From: Octopus sinensis
Lineage: Eukaryota
NCBI RefSeq assembly: GCF_006345805.1
Contig: NW_021832868.1
Coordinates: 1-64,000, forward strand
Reading direction: 5' to 3'
DNA length: 64,000 bases
Each line of letters opens with the position of its first letter. The first letter of the stretch is position 1. Below the pieces are notes generated by a model that saw nothing but the letters and a program-made list of their open reading frames with translations, was not told where the DNA came from and did not search any database. This document shows, in pieces, positions 46,701 through 59,450 of this stretch. Position numbers and translations under genes: made by a program.

Positions 46701-47720
46701 ATGGAGGAAGCCTTTTCGCCCCCAGGTTTTGCTGGGCGGTGTCACCTGTAGCCGACTCGGAAGGCATCGCAGGCTTCGGCATCCGAGCTGACTCGGATGC
46801 TTTCACCCGCTTTGCCGGCTTTGTCGGCGACGGCGGTACCGACCCGCTAGCAATGTGGCTCGCAGGCTTCGCCACCCAAGCGGACTTGGGAGGTTTGGCC
46901 TGCTTTGCCTGTTTGCTAGGTTGTGGAGCGGGGGCCGCGATGCTGGGGGTGCGGTGGCTTGCAGGCATCACAGGCTTCGCCACGCAAGCGGACTTGGGAG
47001 GTTTGGCCTGCTTTGCTTGTTTGCCAGGTTTTTGCGCTTGGGCCGCGACGCTAGGGGTGCGGTGGCTTGCAGGCTTCACAGGCCTCGCCACCCAAGCGGA
47101 CTTGGGAGGTTTGGCCTGATTTACCTGTTTGCCGGTTGGTTGCGCGGGGGCCGCGACGCTAGGGGGGCGACTTACCTTCGGGATTACATCCCCACCAACC
47201 TGTCGGGTTGCCTCCTTGAACTTACGACAACCCTTGAAGTTGGCAGTGTGTCCTAACTTACCACAGTTGACACACTGCCTCACCATAGGTTGTGAGGGGC
47301 ATGTCTTGCGACCATGCTACCCACCGCAGATTAGGCATTTCGCCTTCTCCGGACACTTCGTGCTTATGTGTCCGAACCCCTGACACCGAAAGCATTGGGT
47401 GGCTTTCGGGCGGGGCCGGACAGCACGTCAAGAGGGCGGTTACCCTGCTTAAAGCGTGCTAGGGCAGAGGCACTGGGGTACTCCCGCTGTATGTGTCCTA
47501 AAAGGTCATTATCCTCGAAGTCCCGGGGGACCCCGAGGAGCAGGACTCTTACCTGCCTTACCTTTCGTTCAATCCTGACAAGCCGATGCATGCCAGGACC
47601 GAACGGGCTTGACTTCTCCAGCTCTCCTTTAAAGTTAAAGAAGTCCTCCTCCTTCTCCCACCCAAGCAGGAATTGGGTGGGCTCCCTCTTCAGGACTCTA
47701 TACCGCCTAGATGGCTGTAT
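43780..47720 (-). mobile_element. Family A1 LINE, 5'-truncated tandem copy with frameshifts and a small deletion near 47427
   Basis: Near-identical to 39217-43220; 3' end about 80 nt upstream of the variant H3 ATG. Confidence 0.95.
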
Positions 47721-47792
47721 GGTCCTTTTTTGCATCAGTCGAAAAAAATTTGGCAATGATACTTTTTTTGCATAGGTTGAAAATAGTGTTTA

Positions 47793-48588
47793 TTTAGAGA
47801 ATTTTTCCTAATGTCTGGACGTGGTAAAGGTGGCAAAGGAGGAAAGAGTGGTGCAAAACGATTTCGAAAGATATTAATTGACAATATACAGGAATTACTA
47901 AGCCAGCAATAAGAAGACTATGTCGAAGAGGGGGTGTTCGAAAAATTTCTGGAAAAATTTACGAGGAGACACGTTCTGTCCTTAAGATTTTTATTGAGCA
48001 AACTGTTCGTGATTGTATTTCTTACACTGAGCATGCCAAAAGAAAAACTGTTATCGCAATGGACGTTGTTAATGCCTTGAAACGTCAAGGTAGGACAATT
48101 TACGGATTTGGTGGATAAATTATACATAATTTTTTTAATAAAATACATTGATATTCCTTACAAATTAACCAGATAAAAATTAGCAATTTCATAAATATAC
48201 TAACTAGCTTTATTAAAAAAAGAAACTAAGTAATTTTACTAAGTCCAGAGCCTTCGAAGTGAGCAGAAGGTGGCACTCCACGCACCTCCTCTTTTTCTTC
48301 CTTTTCTTCTCTGGCACTGTAGACCTTCGAGAAGGTGCAGTCTAGCGCCTCTTGCTGACTAAACGTCAGGAAAGGGCTGACTGTATATAAGCCTGTAGAG
48401 ACTTATCTACATCCAACTGTCTTAAGTACCGCTTGTGGTATTTGGTGACCAGTTCATCCCATGTCATCACACACAGTTCTTGAAAGGGATCTCAAACTTC
48501 ATGGCAAAAGTTTCAAAAACTGGGACGACCTAAAATCTTTGCGGGATTTCGCCCGCAACAGAGGGGCATGGACGAGCAAGGAACAGAA
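47793..48588. repeat. Inverted duplicate of 38423-39216 (H4 plus downstream flank)
   Basis: Reverse-complement near-identity through H4, the REL fragment and the RTE fragment. Confidence 0.9.
47811..48118 (+). CDS. H4: Histone H4 (one 1-nt deletion near 47889, possibly a sequencing error)
   Basis: Intact upstream region identical to 35726-35814; full H4 to GFGG TAA. Confidence 0.85.
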
Positions 48589-48792
48589 GATTGTTTTGCT
48601 TGTGACACGTGTCGGATTATAACTTTGTTAATGTTCCTACGGAATGTATTATAATAATAATTTCCTCATGACATTAACTAATTTATAACTTTCCGTTTAC
48701 TTATTGTTTTATTTATTAAGAAATATTTTAATTATCTACTATTACAAATTATCCTCTCAAAAAATTCGGAATGCTACTTTTAAAAAAATTTT

Positions 48793-51700
48793 GGAAATAA
48801 AAAAAAATGGCTAGAACAAAACAAACGGCTCGAAATCTACTGGTGCAAAAGTACCAAGGAAACAGTTGTCTGCAAAATCTGCTCGCAAGCTGTCTGCACT
48901 AAGAAGACTATGCAGAAGTGGAGGCGTTCCCGCTTCGCACTCCCCGGAGGACAAGACGGTTCAGTGTGCCACTACGATGAACTGCCGGAGCCGTGGTTCA
49001 CCGCCACGTGCTTCCGGCTATTATGTGGTGTTTAATTCTTTAGGTCAAAGCAGGAGGTCGAAGCCTGGACCCTCCCAGATGGGTTCAGCACTCACTGAAG
49101 ACTCTTCTCCCTCTGCTCCCCCTTTGGCTGGTGTCGGGGGAGCAGCAGCTGCAACAGGTACTAATTGTTTGGTAGCACGACAACCGCACAGCATGCTGGT
49201 TCGCCACGTGTTTGCGGTTTGTCTAGTGGTGCCAAACCCAGCCTAGGTAAGTCAATTAATGCCAACAGGGTGTCGTCTCCTGAGGCCGTCCCGGTGGGTA
49301 CGGCAGGAAATAAGGTTGCCCTTGAGGACGGTTGGTACACGGTGGGGAAACCCAAACGTGCGGCTGGCCGTCCAACCCCCCCTAATGTTTTAGGTACTGG
49401 GTGTGTGTCCGATCAGGTGGATGCACACCCAAAGAAGACCACTGGCGCCGGGGGCAGAATTACCTTCGGTGCTGTGGCACGACTTGAGGTCCTCCCTACA
49501 AGTGGGAAGGCCTCGGTCATAAAGATCTTAGGTACGTTAGACTCTATCCAGCCTTCAAAGCTGTATAGAGTCCTGAAGAGGGAGCCCACCCAATTCCTGC
49601 TTGGGTGGGAGAAGGAGGAGGACTTCTTCAGCTTTAAAGGAGAGCTGGAGAACAGCCCGTTCGGTCCTGGCATGCATCGGCTTGTCAGGATTGAACAAAG
49701 GTAAGGCAGGTAAGAGTCCTGCTCCTCGGGGTCCCCCGGGACTTCGAGGATAATGACCTTTTAGGACACATACAGCGGGAGTACCCCAGTGCCTCTGCCC
49801 TTGCACGCTTCAAGCAGGGTAACCGCCCTCTTGAAGTGGTGGAGGTCATCCTGGGATCTCCTGCGGAAGCCGAGCGCCTAGTACTTCTGGTACTAGGATC
49901 GGCTACATTAGGATGAGAGCTGCCTGGCCCCGCCCGAAAGCCACCCAATGCTTTCGGTGTCAGGGGTTCGGGCACATCTCCACAAAGTGCCCGGATAAGG
50001 CGAAGTGCCTTATTTGCGGTGGGGAGCATGGTCGCAAGACGTGCCCCTCACCATCCAAGGAGAGGCAGTGTGTCAACTGTGGTAAGTTGGGACACACTGC
50101 CAACTTCAGAGGTTGCCCCAAGTTCAAGGAGGCAACCCGAAAGGTAGGTGGGGATGTAATCCCAACAGTAAGTCGCCCGCGTCGCGTCGCGCGCCCTGCG
50201 CCAAAACCTGGCAAGCAGGCGATACTGGCCAAACCTTCCAAATCCGTTGGGTGGCGAAGACAGTGGAACCGTGAGCCATGCTACGTGTGGGTCGGTGCAG
50301 CCTTCGCCGACAAAGTTGGCAAAGCAGGTGAAAGCTTCCGAGTCCGCTTGGTTGCCTAAGCCGGCAATGCCTTCTGAGGCGGCTAACGGCGGCGCCGTCC
50401 GGCACACCTGGGGCTGAAAAGGCGTCCTCCATACGTGGAGATGCCATTGCACTCAGCCCCTGGCGAGCGTGTACCGCAGGACAGTATTAGTCCTGCGGTG
50501 CAATTATGCGTTTCCCTATTAAAATTTTGTAGGGAGATGAATTGCAGTGTAGAGGAAATGCTACACTGCAACGTTGCCGAGGCCAAGAAGATCCTTGGCG
50601 AAGAACCGATATGATGCTCAACATCATATCGGTGAACGCGCGTTCCTTGGAAGGAAAAAGGGACGCCGTTCAGAGGATGTTGGCCACCACGAGTGCGGAC
50701 ATTCTGGTGGTCAACGAAACGAAGGTAAAGGGGGGTCCGTACGTAGTTGATGGCTACAACTGTCGTCACATACCCTGGAAACAGGGGTCAATATGTGGCA
50801 CAGGAACTAGCCTCTTCTACAAGCCCTACCTTGCCTTGCAGAGTCCAGGTATATGTTCATGTAGCTTGTGTGAATTCCTCCAAGTGAGAATTCGCATAGG
50901 CGAGTTAACATTTTACCTAGGTGGGATGTACTCGAAGAACTTTACGGCGTGCTCCTGGCACGTACGGGAGTTCTTTGAAAAGCATCCGAAGGCCATGGTT
51001 GTTGGGGACCTGAATGCCAAGCATCAAGATCTTGGTTTCAGGGTAACCAACTCGCATGGTTTGGCTCTGAAGCGCTGGTTGAAGACCTCGGGCTGGAAAT
51101 CCGGACTTCGAGCGAGCCAAACCACGTCGACGAGGGGGAGGGGACGTGACTGGCTAGGGCTTGCTCTGGTCAGTCCCGGTCTTCTAAATTGGGTTAGTAA
51201 AACTATTTTATTGTCCGATATTGGGAGCGACCATCTGCCTCTATTGCACGAACTCCGTGAGCCAGTTCCTCAAAGGGTCCCAGGATACTTTGACCTCCGG
51301 GTGGGTTCCTGGGCTAACCTGGAGAGTTTCATGGCCAGCAGGTTGCCCTCACTTCTGGTGGGGAATACCTGCGCCAACATACGTGAGTTGGAGGCGCTTG
51401 ATAATGGAATCAATGCTGCCCTGACTGATTACATGCGAGATAATTTCAAACAAACTCAGTGCAGGGTCAGGCACATTCCACGCTCCCTCACCGGATCTTA
51501 AATAAAATTAGGTTCAAGCGCCGGCTATCCAGACTACGGGACAAATGCGTTTACGAGGAGAACCGTGTTTGGTTTCGTGGCTGGATTAGCCGGCTTCAGA
51601 GGGAGATCCGAAGAGAAATCCGCGAACTCGAAAGTTCGCGGTGGGAGAGGGCCTGCCGAAGGGTGGACCCTCGCTTTCCGGACTTCTGGAAGCAGTTGAA

Positions 51701-53346
51701 GAGCCTGTCGGGGAGAAGGGGGGCTAAGTCAGTGCGCCTTAAACGCTCTGATGGAACCCTCGCTTCGGACCCGGTTGAGGTGGTTGAAATACTTTCAGCC
51801 CATCTCAATGGCATCTCGGGAACTGACGGAAGTCAGTTCGTAGAGACATCGTCCTTTGATACTGTCCAGCAGATATTGTCGTGGGACAAGCGCTGCCAGC
51901 TGGGCATATCAAGGAACGATGCATGCAGGCGAAATTACTGAAGCGGAGATTCTGGCAGCAATCTCCCGAAGTAAGAACACCGCGGCGGGTTTGGATCGGA
52001 TCCCGATGGCCATCTTTAAGAAGGCCCCGCCGCGGTTAATCACTGCACTAAAGGTTTTATTTAACGGGAGCTTGCGACTTGGGATGATTCCCTCCAGGTG
52101 GAAAGTGGCTGAGGTAATCCTTATCGGAAAGCCCGGGAAGCCACATGATGTCCCCGGGGGATATAGGCCCATTTCCTTGCTCCCCGCAATATCTAAAATC
52201 CTAGAAAGAATTATGCACCAAAGGCTCCTGGAGGAGCTGATGGTTGCAGACGCCCTCCCTGAGTTCCAATGGGGCTTCAGGGAGGGCCGCTCATGCGGGG
52301 ACTGCCTTCACAAGGTGTCGTCTGGTATGAAGAACGCCCTCCAGAAAAGGGAATGCGGTATTTTAGTTAGTCTCGACATTGAAAAGGCCTTTGACTCGGT
52401 GTGGCACGACGGCCTCCGGAGTTCCCTTGCCACGTGTGGGGTTTCTCCGTGTCTAAGGCGCTGGCTGTCGGGTTTCTTGAATCTCGCAGGCAGGTCGTGC
52501 GGCATCAGGGGGTCTTTTCTAAAGTCGCAACAGTCCTTCGCGGGGTCCCTCAGGGCTCTGTGCTCAGTCCGACACTATTCAATGTGTTTATGGCCACTGC
52601 GCCTATGCCAGTCAATGCTCGTACTGAAATGGTAATCTATGCAGACGACATTATCCTCTGGGATCACTCAATGAAACCGGAGTGTGCGTGTCGTAGGCTT
52701 CAGGTTGCTGTGGATGGACTTGCAAACTGGTGTGGGAGTAGGGGTCTGAGAATGTGCGCGGACAAGTGCAGTGTCCTTAAAGTCTGTAAAAGGACGAGGG
52801 GTTACACTAATTTTGTTCCTAGGTTATTGCTGAGCGGGTCAGCAATCGCTGCAGTTGATCGGATGACTTATTTGGGCGTGCTCTTTAAGCCGTCCGGTAA
52901 GTTTGATGATCACATTGCACGTACGAAAATGCGTGCAATGCAGCGATTAGGTGCGTTGCGTGCTTTCCGCTTGAGCAGAGGTGCCTGGTTCCGCGTGTTT
53001 AACGCCATGGTGTTACCCGTCTTGACCTATGGCGTCCACGCTTGGTACCTCTATGAGGACAGGGATAAGCATGTTGACGTGCTTAAAAAAGTAAGAAGAC
53101 GAGCCATAAGGCTAGCCTATGGCTTAGGATTCCGGACTGAGCTCTCCGACGCCCAGGAATCATCTCTCAAAGGCCTCTCTGAGGTCCTAGAGAAGATTAT
53201 TTCTGGATGGCAGGTAAGGCGGTAAGTCTTAACCTGTGGTTGTGTGTAGGGAGGCGTGTGTGAGATGGAGACTGAAAAGGCAGCGATGCCGAAGGTCTAC
53301 TTAGTTAGTTTTTAACTCCCTTAACTTATAATGTTTTTTTTTCCCC
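48793..53346 (+). mobile_element. Family A2 LINE, full-length second copy with the same H3 5' fusion; 3' end inserted in B ORF1
   Basis: H3 ATG at 48807, junction AAG-CTGTCTGCA identical to 34117; many homopolymer frameshifts; 3' TAATGTTTTTTTTTCCCC then CACCAATTTGG. Confidence 0.92.
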
Positions 53347-56300
53347 CACCAATTTGGACAATTTGGACACACGTCCAATTTGGACACACGTCCCATAAGT
53401 GCACCGAAAAAGTTCGTTGCTTGGTCTGTGGTGGCGAACACCGACACAATAGGTGTCCGAACTCAGACCCCAGACCAAATGACCCTGCTGTCAAGACCTG
53501 CATAAACTGCAACAGTCCTGGACACTGGGCATGTTACGGTGGATGCCCACTCGCCAAAGCCGCGTCTGCAGCCTTACGGGCTGTGAGAAATCCGCCGGCC
53601 AGCAACCCAGCTCGCTGGGTGAAAGCCGAACGCACAGAGTCGATCTGGACAAAGAGGCCAGTTGTGAATCCGATCAAGACTGATGTCTGCATTCAGACAT
53701 CGGCGGACTCCGACTTTGATTTTAAACTCGACCCGAAGCCGACGGCTGACTCTTGTTCCAGTACCAGAGCTGGCCGCACGGCTGCTGCTCGCAAGAAGAC
53801 AAACACCCCTCCAGACAATATCTCATCGCAAAGAGGTGCCCTCTCGGACGAAGACCTGCACAACAGAGACTCCCTTATGGAATTCTTTCATCGTTGTGTG
53901 GGAGCTCTAACCAAACTTGGTGTGGAACCTGAGGTGCTGCAACGGCTCCTATTAGAGGGGAGCACGCCAGCAAAATAGCCCCAGTCAAAATCATCGCTGT
54001 GAATGCCCGATCTATCAAGAGACGGCACCAGGACTTCGTTGAGATGGTAAACAGCGGCCATCCAGACATTATTGTCGTCAACGAGTCTAAGCTCAAAGAA
54101 AACCACTCGTACGAACTTCCGGGCTACCGGTCAGTGGACCTAAAATGGGGAAGCTGCTCTACGCCAGGGACTGGCTCGAGCATCTTCTACGCCGAAAACC
54201 TCCAAATCCGTAACCTCACCATCATCGAGAGCACGGTGTGCGAATTCCTCTCTCTTGAGGTGAAAACTGATTCCTTCTGGATAAAGGTCGGTGGAATATA
54301 TTGCAAATATCTCCCCCCCTGCATCAGATTGATTGACGAATTCTTCTCAAGCACAGCTCATTGCTTCTTATCGGAGACTTAAACTCGAAGCACACGGCGT
54401 TTGGATGTCGGTTAACCAACCAAGATGGTCGAACACTGAAGAAGGTCACTGACAAGCTTGGTATTTTCGTCAGGACATCCGAAGACCCGAACCACCACTC
54501 GCCCTTTGGCGGGGACAACCTGTGCCTGTGCATCTGTTCTCACTCTGTCGCTAACCTTATGGAAAAGCCTACAGTCCTTGACGATATCGGAAGTGACCAC
54601 CTACCAATGGAGATCAAAATTCACACTAGCATTGTTAGACAAGAACACATTTCCTCTCACTACAATCTCTCAAAGATCAACTGGCCACACTACAGGAGCT
54701 CCATAAGTGCATTCCTGCATGACAACGGTCGCCCTGTTGGGTATAACTCAGCCCTCGACATCGACTCCGCAAGCGATAAGCTAAGCAAATTCATGCTTCA
54801 GTATCTAACGTCGTACGGAGAATTGTCAAGTGCAGACCGCGCACGGAGGACCACTCTGAGCGTGAAAGTGAAGATCATCCTCAACGAAAGGAAGCGGCTG
54901 AGAAATAAACTCAAACGCTGTGTGGACCCAGCTGACAGGGGAAGACTTAGGAACATGATCTCGGAAATTGGTTATAAGGTCCACGTCGCGACAAAGCTGG
55001 AAGCAGCCAGGAAATGGCAGAAGGCTTGTCAAAACCGACTACAGAAACCCAAATTTCTGGGACTGTTTCCACAAAGTGGCTAACCTCGAAGGAAAATCCT
55101 CACCCCGAGGTTGTGCAACCAGTCTGGTATGCCCGCCTCGCCACAAGAGATGCCAACATATTTGCAGAACACCTGGCCACTATCCAGGAGGCCAATCCGG
55201 AAACGTCGCAAAACCGGGAGTCGGAGCCACTGCCGCGCCCACTGTCGCCGGACCATCACCCGATCACCATTGCAGAGGTGACCTGGGCCATCCGTTCGTC
55301 AAAAGGCAACGCACCGGGCCATGACAAAATACCGATGCGATTGTTTAAGGAAGCACCCGAAGACCTACATGTGTTCCTCGCGGATCTGTTTACGGCAAGT
55401 CTCAAATGGGGCCATGTGCCGGAAAAATGGAAAATCTCAGAGGTCCGGATGATCAAAAAGCCTGCGAAACCGGTGAATCTCGCTAGCAGCTACCGTCCCA
55501 TAAGCCTAATCCCAACTATCTCAAGGCTGATGGAGAAAATTATGGCCAAGCGCCTCGACTTCCACGCCGAAGAGAAGAAAGTGCTGCTCCCGCAGCAATG
55601 GGGTTTTCGCTCTGGACGTAGCTGCGGTGACTGTTTCATTACGGTACAGTCCACCATCTCGAGAGCAACGGAGTTTAAAGAAACTTTATCTCTTGTATGT
55701 CTGGACATCTCAAAGGCTTTTGACAGCGTCTGGCACAGAGACCTCCTGGAAAGGATCGAACTCTGTGAGCCAACAGCGGAAGTCTTCCTCTGGATGCGCT
55801 GCTTCCTCTCAAATCGCTACTCTTTTATCTCTGAGTCGGGCTTCTTCTCAAGATATATTTCGCTCCGAAGGGGGGTTCCGCAGGGGTCCTGTCTCAGCCC
55901 AATCTTTTTCAATTTGGTAATGAGCAGTTTCCCCACACCCTCCGATCCCAGGACATCCCTACTCCTCTACGCGGACGATGTTCTCGTTCTGGACACCTCG
56001 ATGGACACCAATGCCTCGGAGAAACGACTTGCCGGCTACATTGAGGAGATAAAGAATTGGTGCATTGGTAAGCGACTCTCGCTGGCCATGGACAAATCTG
56101 CATATCTCCAAATTAACCCAAGAAAGTCGCAAGATCGCAAACCCGGCTCTTTGGTGGAAATTGCTCGCCCTGAGAGCATACGTTACCTGGGGCTCACAAT
56201 CGACGCAAACTCGAGATACCATTTGCATTTCAAACGGAGAAAAGGGAAAGCCATCGCCGCTCTCCGACTCCTAAGAAGCATGCACTTGAATACAAATACC

Positions 56301-56717
56301 TTCCTATTTGTATACCATGCAACAATCTTGCCCAGCCTACTGTATGGTATGGAAGCTTGGTTCTACTCGAAACAATATGAGAAAATTCTGCGAAAATGCG
56401 AAAAAATACGGAGATACGCTCTAAAACTAGCCTATATGCTAAATCCATGGGAGCCTGTCCCAAGCTGGGCGGAGAGCAAGTCTCCAGAGCTACGGCAGGC
56501 CATCGAGGCTTCTATCCGAACTTTTCGGAAACGCTCTAAAGTAACTGACCTATTCATCGATCGTGGAGAATAGCAGGTGTCCCTGCTCATAGACAGACAA
56601 AGCGGACGAACCATGGAAGAGCTCGAATGCCCAAAGCAATCGTCTCGTCAAAATTACTTTCCGCACTAATTTTCTGTCTCGCTCTTCTTTCTTACAATAA
56701 AATTCTTCGTTCGTTCG
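53347..56717 (+). mobile_element. Family B LINE (ORF1 3' half, ORF2, 3' UTR, (TTCG)n tail), 20 nt upstream of H2B
   Basis: Zinc knuckles, APE and RT motifs; tail TTCGTTCGTTCG, then AATATACAAATTTTGTTAAT and the H2B start. Confidence 0.94.
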
Positions 56718-56737
56718 AATATACAAATTTTGTTAAT

Positions 56738-57102
56738 ATTGGCACCTAAAGTTAGCACAAAAGGACAAAAAAGAGCTCCCATTAAAACAAAAAAATGTTT
56801 CCGTCGCTACAAAGAAAAAAAAGAAAAGGAAAACTTTTTCGATATATCTTATGAAAATTTTAAAGACAGTACATAATCAACTTGGGATGTCAAAGAGGCT
56901 ATGATGGCTATGGACAGTTTACATTCGATGTTTATGACAAAATAAAAACCGAGGCTTCAAATTTAGTCTATCAGAATTCGAAGGCTACCATTACCTCACG
57001 TGAAATACAGACTGCAGTTCGTCTGATTCTTCGGGTGAATTGGCAAAACATGCTATTACAGAAGGGTGCAAGGCAGTTACTAAGTACACAAATACAAAAT
57101 AA
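56738..57102 (+). pseudogene. H2B: Histone H2B with several 1-nt indels
   Basis: (M)[68 protein letters not shown] across frames. Confidence 0.9.
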
Positions 57103-57171
57103 CACTTTAAAATAATTTTTATTCATTTGTTCTCTAAATAACTATTGCAACAATCGAAATCTAACTAGTAA

Positions 57172-57365
57172 TTGTTCCTTTGCCATTCGAGACCTCCGCA
57201 GCCTTCTCAAACATCCAAGTTCTTAAAAGATGTCGGCCTCCTTATAGCTCGGAGAAACATGTATGCACGCGAATCTTCTGGCTGAAACAGAGGATCTCGG
57301 TTACAATCATGCGCGACAACTTGCAAGCTATTCTCTTTGACCGGGATCTGATCGTTCTCTGCTTT
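57172..57365 (+). mobile_element. CRE-like 3' fragment
   Basis: VPLPFETS...WLKQRISVTIMRDNLQAI matches the CRE end FVPLAFETSG...WLFQRISVAVLRGN. Confidence 0.75.
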
Positions 57366-57509
57366 TTGTTTAATTGATTAACTAGTAATTTAGTCTGTAA
57401 TCTCGCAAAATTCATCAATTTAAGCAATAGTTACAATTATTTGATGGTGCTAATAAAATATTATTTTAAAAATATTTAATTTTTAAAAATGATGAGTGAA
57501 TTAACCAAA

Positions 57510-57635
57510 AAATTTTCGGAATGATACTTTTTTGCATTACTCCAAAAAATTTCGGAATAACGTTGTTTAAAAATTCGGAATAATATAAAACAAAAATAAC
57601 TTGTCTGAATCGGTTCTGTCTGAAATAACAAAAAT
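57510..57635 (+). promoter_or_regulatory. H3-type upstream region with three TTCGGAAT motifs
   Basis: TTCGGAATG at 57515, TTCGGAATA at 57551 and 57574; the proximal part matches 43700-43779 inverted. Confidence 0.55.
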
Positions 57636-57685
57636 ATGGCTAGAACACAACAAACTGCTCGAAAATCTACTGGAGCAAAATTTCT
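57636..57685 (+). pseudogene. H3: Variant H3 5' fragment
   Basis: [16 protein letters not shown], then repeat D. Confidence 0.8.
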
Positions 57686-58879
57686 TTGCCATCATTGAGA
57701 TATCCTTTCTGGTATTTACACTGTTTATAAGCTACTAGGTAGAATTGTGTTTTAATTAAAATTATCTTGATTCTTAGTTACCCAATTATTAATAGAAAAC
57801 ATAATAAATTGTGGCACGTGTGAGCACTCTTTTTGACCAACCTTGTTGTCCTGTTGCATTATTTGGTCAATCTTTATTTTTTAATTTAATTGGATTAGAA
57901 GGAATATTTTGCGATGTAGTTTCTTTTAATTAATAAATTGTCTGAAATTTCATCATTTTGTAATATTTGCAAGTTTATTCTTTCAATCTGTTTATTCCAC
58001 TTATTTTGACATCTGCTTTATCTTTATTTATTGAATTCTACGTTTTTTTTTTGATAGAAAGTTTTATTTTATATATTCTTATAGCAGATTTTTATTTTTT
58101 TAAATTTTGAAAATATTCTTTTATTTTAAAATTGAATGATAATTTGTGACATGGGTTCCTGTTCATTTCTCTTCTTTAACATATTTTATCCGTTAAATAA
58201 AGTTGATTGATTTACCTCGTCTCGATTATTTGATAAAATGTTAATTATTTCAGCGGCCTGATAGAATGGAGATTCGAATTTATCCAATCACAACGAAGGG
58301 TTTGTTTCATAGTCTTTTTAACTCGAACCTATCTATAATTTTTTTATCTAAACTTATTTCCGACACTAAATTCGTATTTACTATTCTGTCATTTATTTTC
58401 CTATTCATTGCCTTATAGTAGGCTAAGTTTCCATCAATCGGATTTAAATTTGAATTTTTTGGAATTGGACAATTATTATAGCACTATCGGAAAAACAAAA
58501 TTTGGCTAAGGTTGTCGTCAATTATGGTTGTCGCCAATTATGAGTGTGCTCGCTCTACGGAATGGGATTTATAAACAAAATATTAAAACAGCAATACATA
58601 AGAAATTATTTCAAGTACAATGGGCCTTGTTTATCACTTGGTAGTTTTGTAACTCCTCCTTTGTCATCTCTCTCGATCAACCGTGGAGGTCGACAACAAA
58701 ATTGGTATAGAAAGTGTGATCATTGATGTAATGCTCGAACCTCTCATAATAACTATTGAATACTGCAGTGATCTAATAAATATAAACGTTCAGATCAAAT
58801 TACTTGAAAAAATTCTTTTAAATTCAGGATGGTCAATGAAATGGCGATAATCAGAATCATATGGATTTATGATTGTTTT

Positions 58880-59450
58880 GTATTATTATTATTTGCAACA
58901 TACGTAGAATCATATTAGTTATAATTTTACTCGTGCAGCATTAAAAACAATCCTTTGAACCAGCCTCCTCCAACCTCCTCTGTCGTGAGCGAGTTTCCTC
59001 AGCTCGTCCAGATCCTCACCACTCCTTAGCCTTTTCTTCACACATTTCAGGTCTCCGTCAAGTGTTTCCGGCAGCGTAACACGTGGACGTCCACGGAAGC
59101 TCGATCCCTCTTTCAGGAAGTAGCCCTCCATTGCTATGTTAGCTGGGGCAAGCATGTCCATTCGTAGAATATGGCCAAATAACCTCCACCGCATATTGAC
59201 GATTTCCACACTCAGAGGGCCAGTTCTGCATCTATTGTATAGCGATTCCTGGTTGATTCTTATAGGCCAGTTCAATCCCAGTAGGGATCTAAGTTGCCTG
59301 CGGTGAAAAGAATCGAGTCCACGTTGTTCAGTACTAGACATTCCCCAGGTCGCCGAATTATATGTCAGGATTGGTTTGACAAAGGCTTCATACATCCTCA
59401 GACGAAGTGACGTACACGAAGTGTTTTGTATTAAGTTTTCTAAAAATTTG
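58880..59450 (-). mobile_element. RTE-clade LINE 3' fragment with (AAT)n tail
   Basis: LRMYEAFVKPILTYNSATW, RWRLFGHILRM, RGRPR, LAHDRGGWRRLV; ATTATTATT at about 58881. Confidence 0.88.

Noticed and set aside
53331-53400. ORF start MFFFPPPIWTIWTHVQ as a real ORF1 N-terminus
   Set aside because: It is the A2 tail plus a small junction duplication (CAATTTGGACA) fused to the middle of B ORF1.
57189-57221. Minus-strand NLDV*EGCGGL resembling DNA methyltransferase motif I
   Set aside because: The plus strand here is clearly the CRE C-terminus (PFETS...WLKQRIS), so the motif is an antisense coincidence and it contains a stop.
58508-58556. TTGTCG(T/C)CAATTATG twice, ending GAGTGTGCTC, as a possible DNA transposon end
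   Set aside because: No partner end or transposase found in the window.
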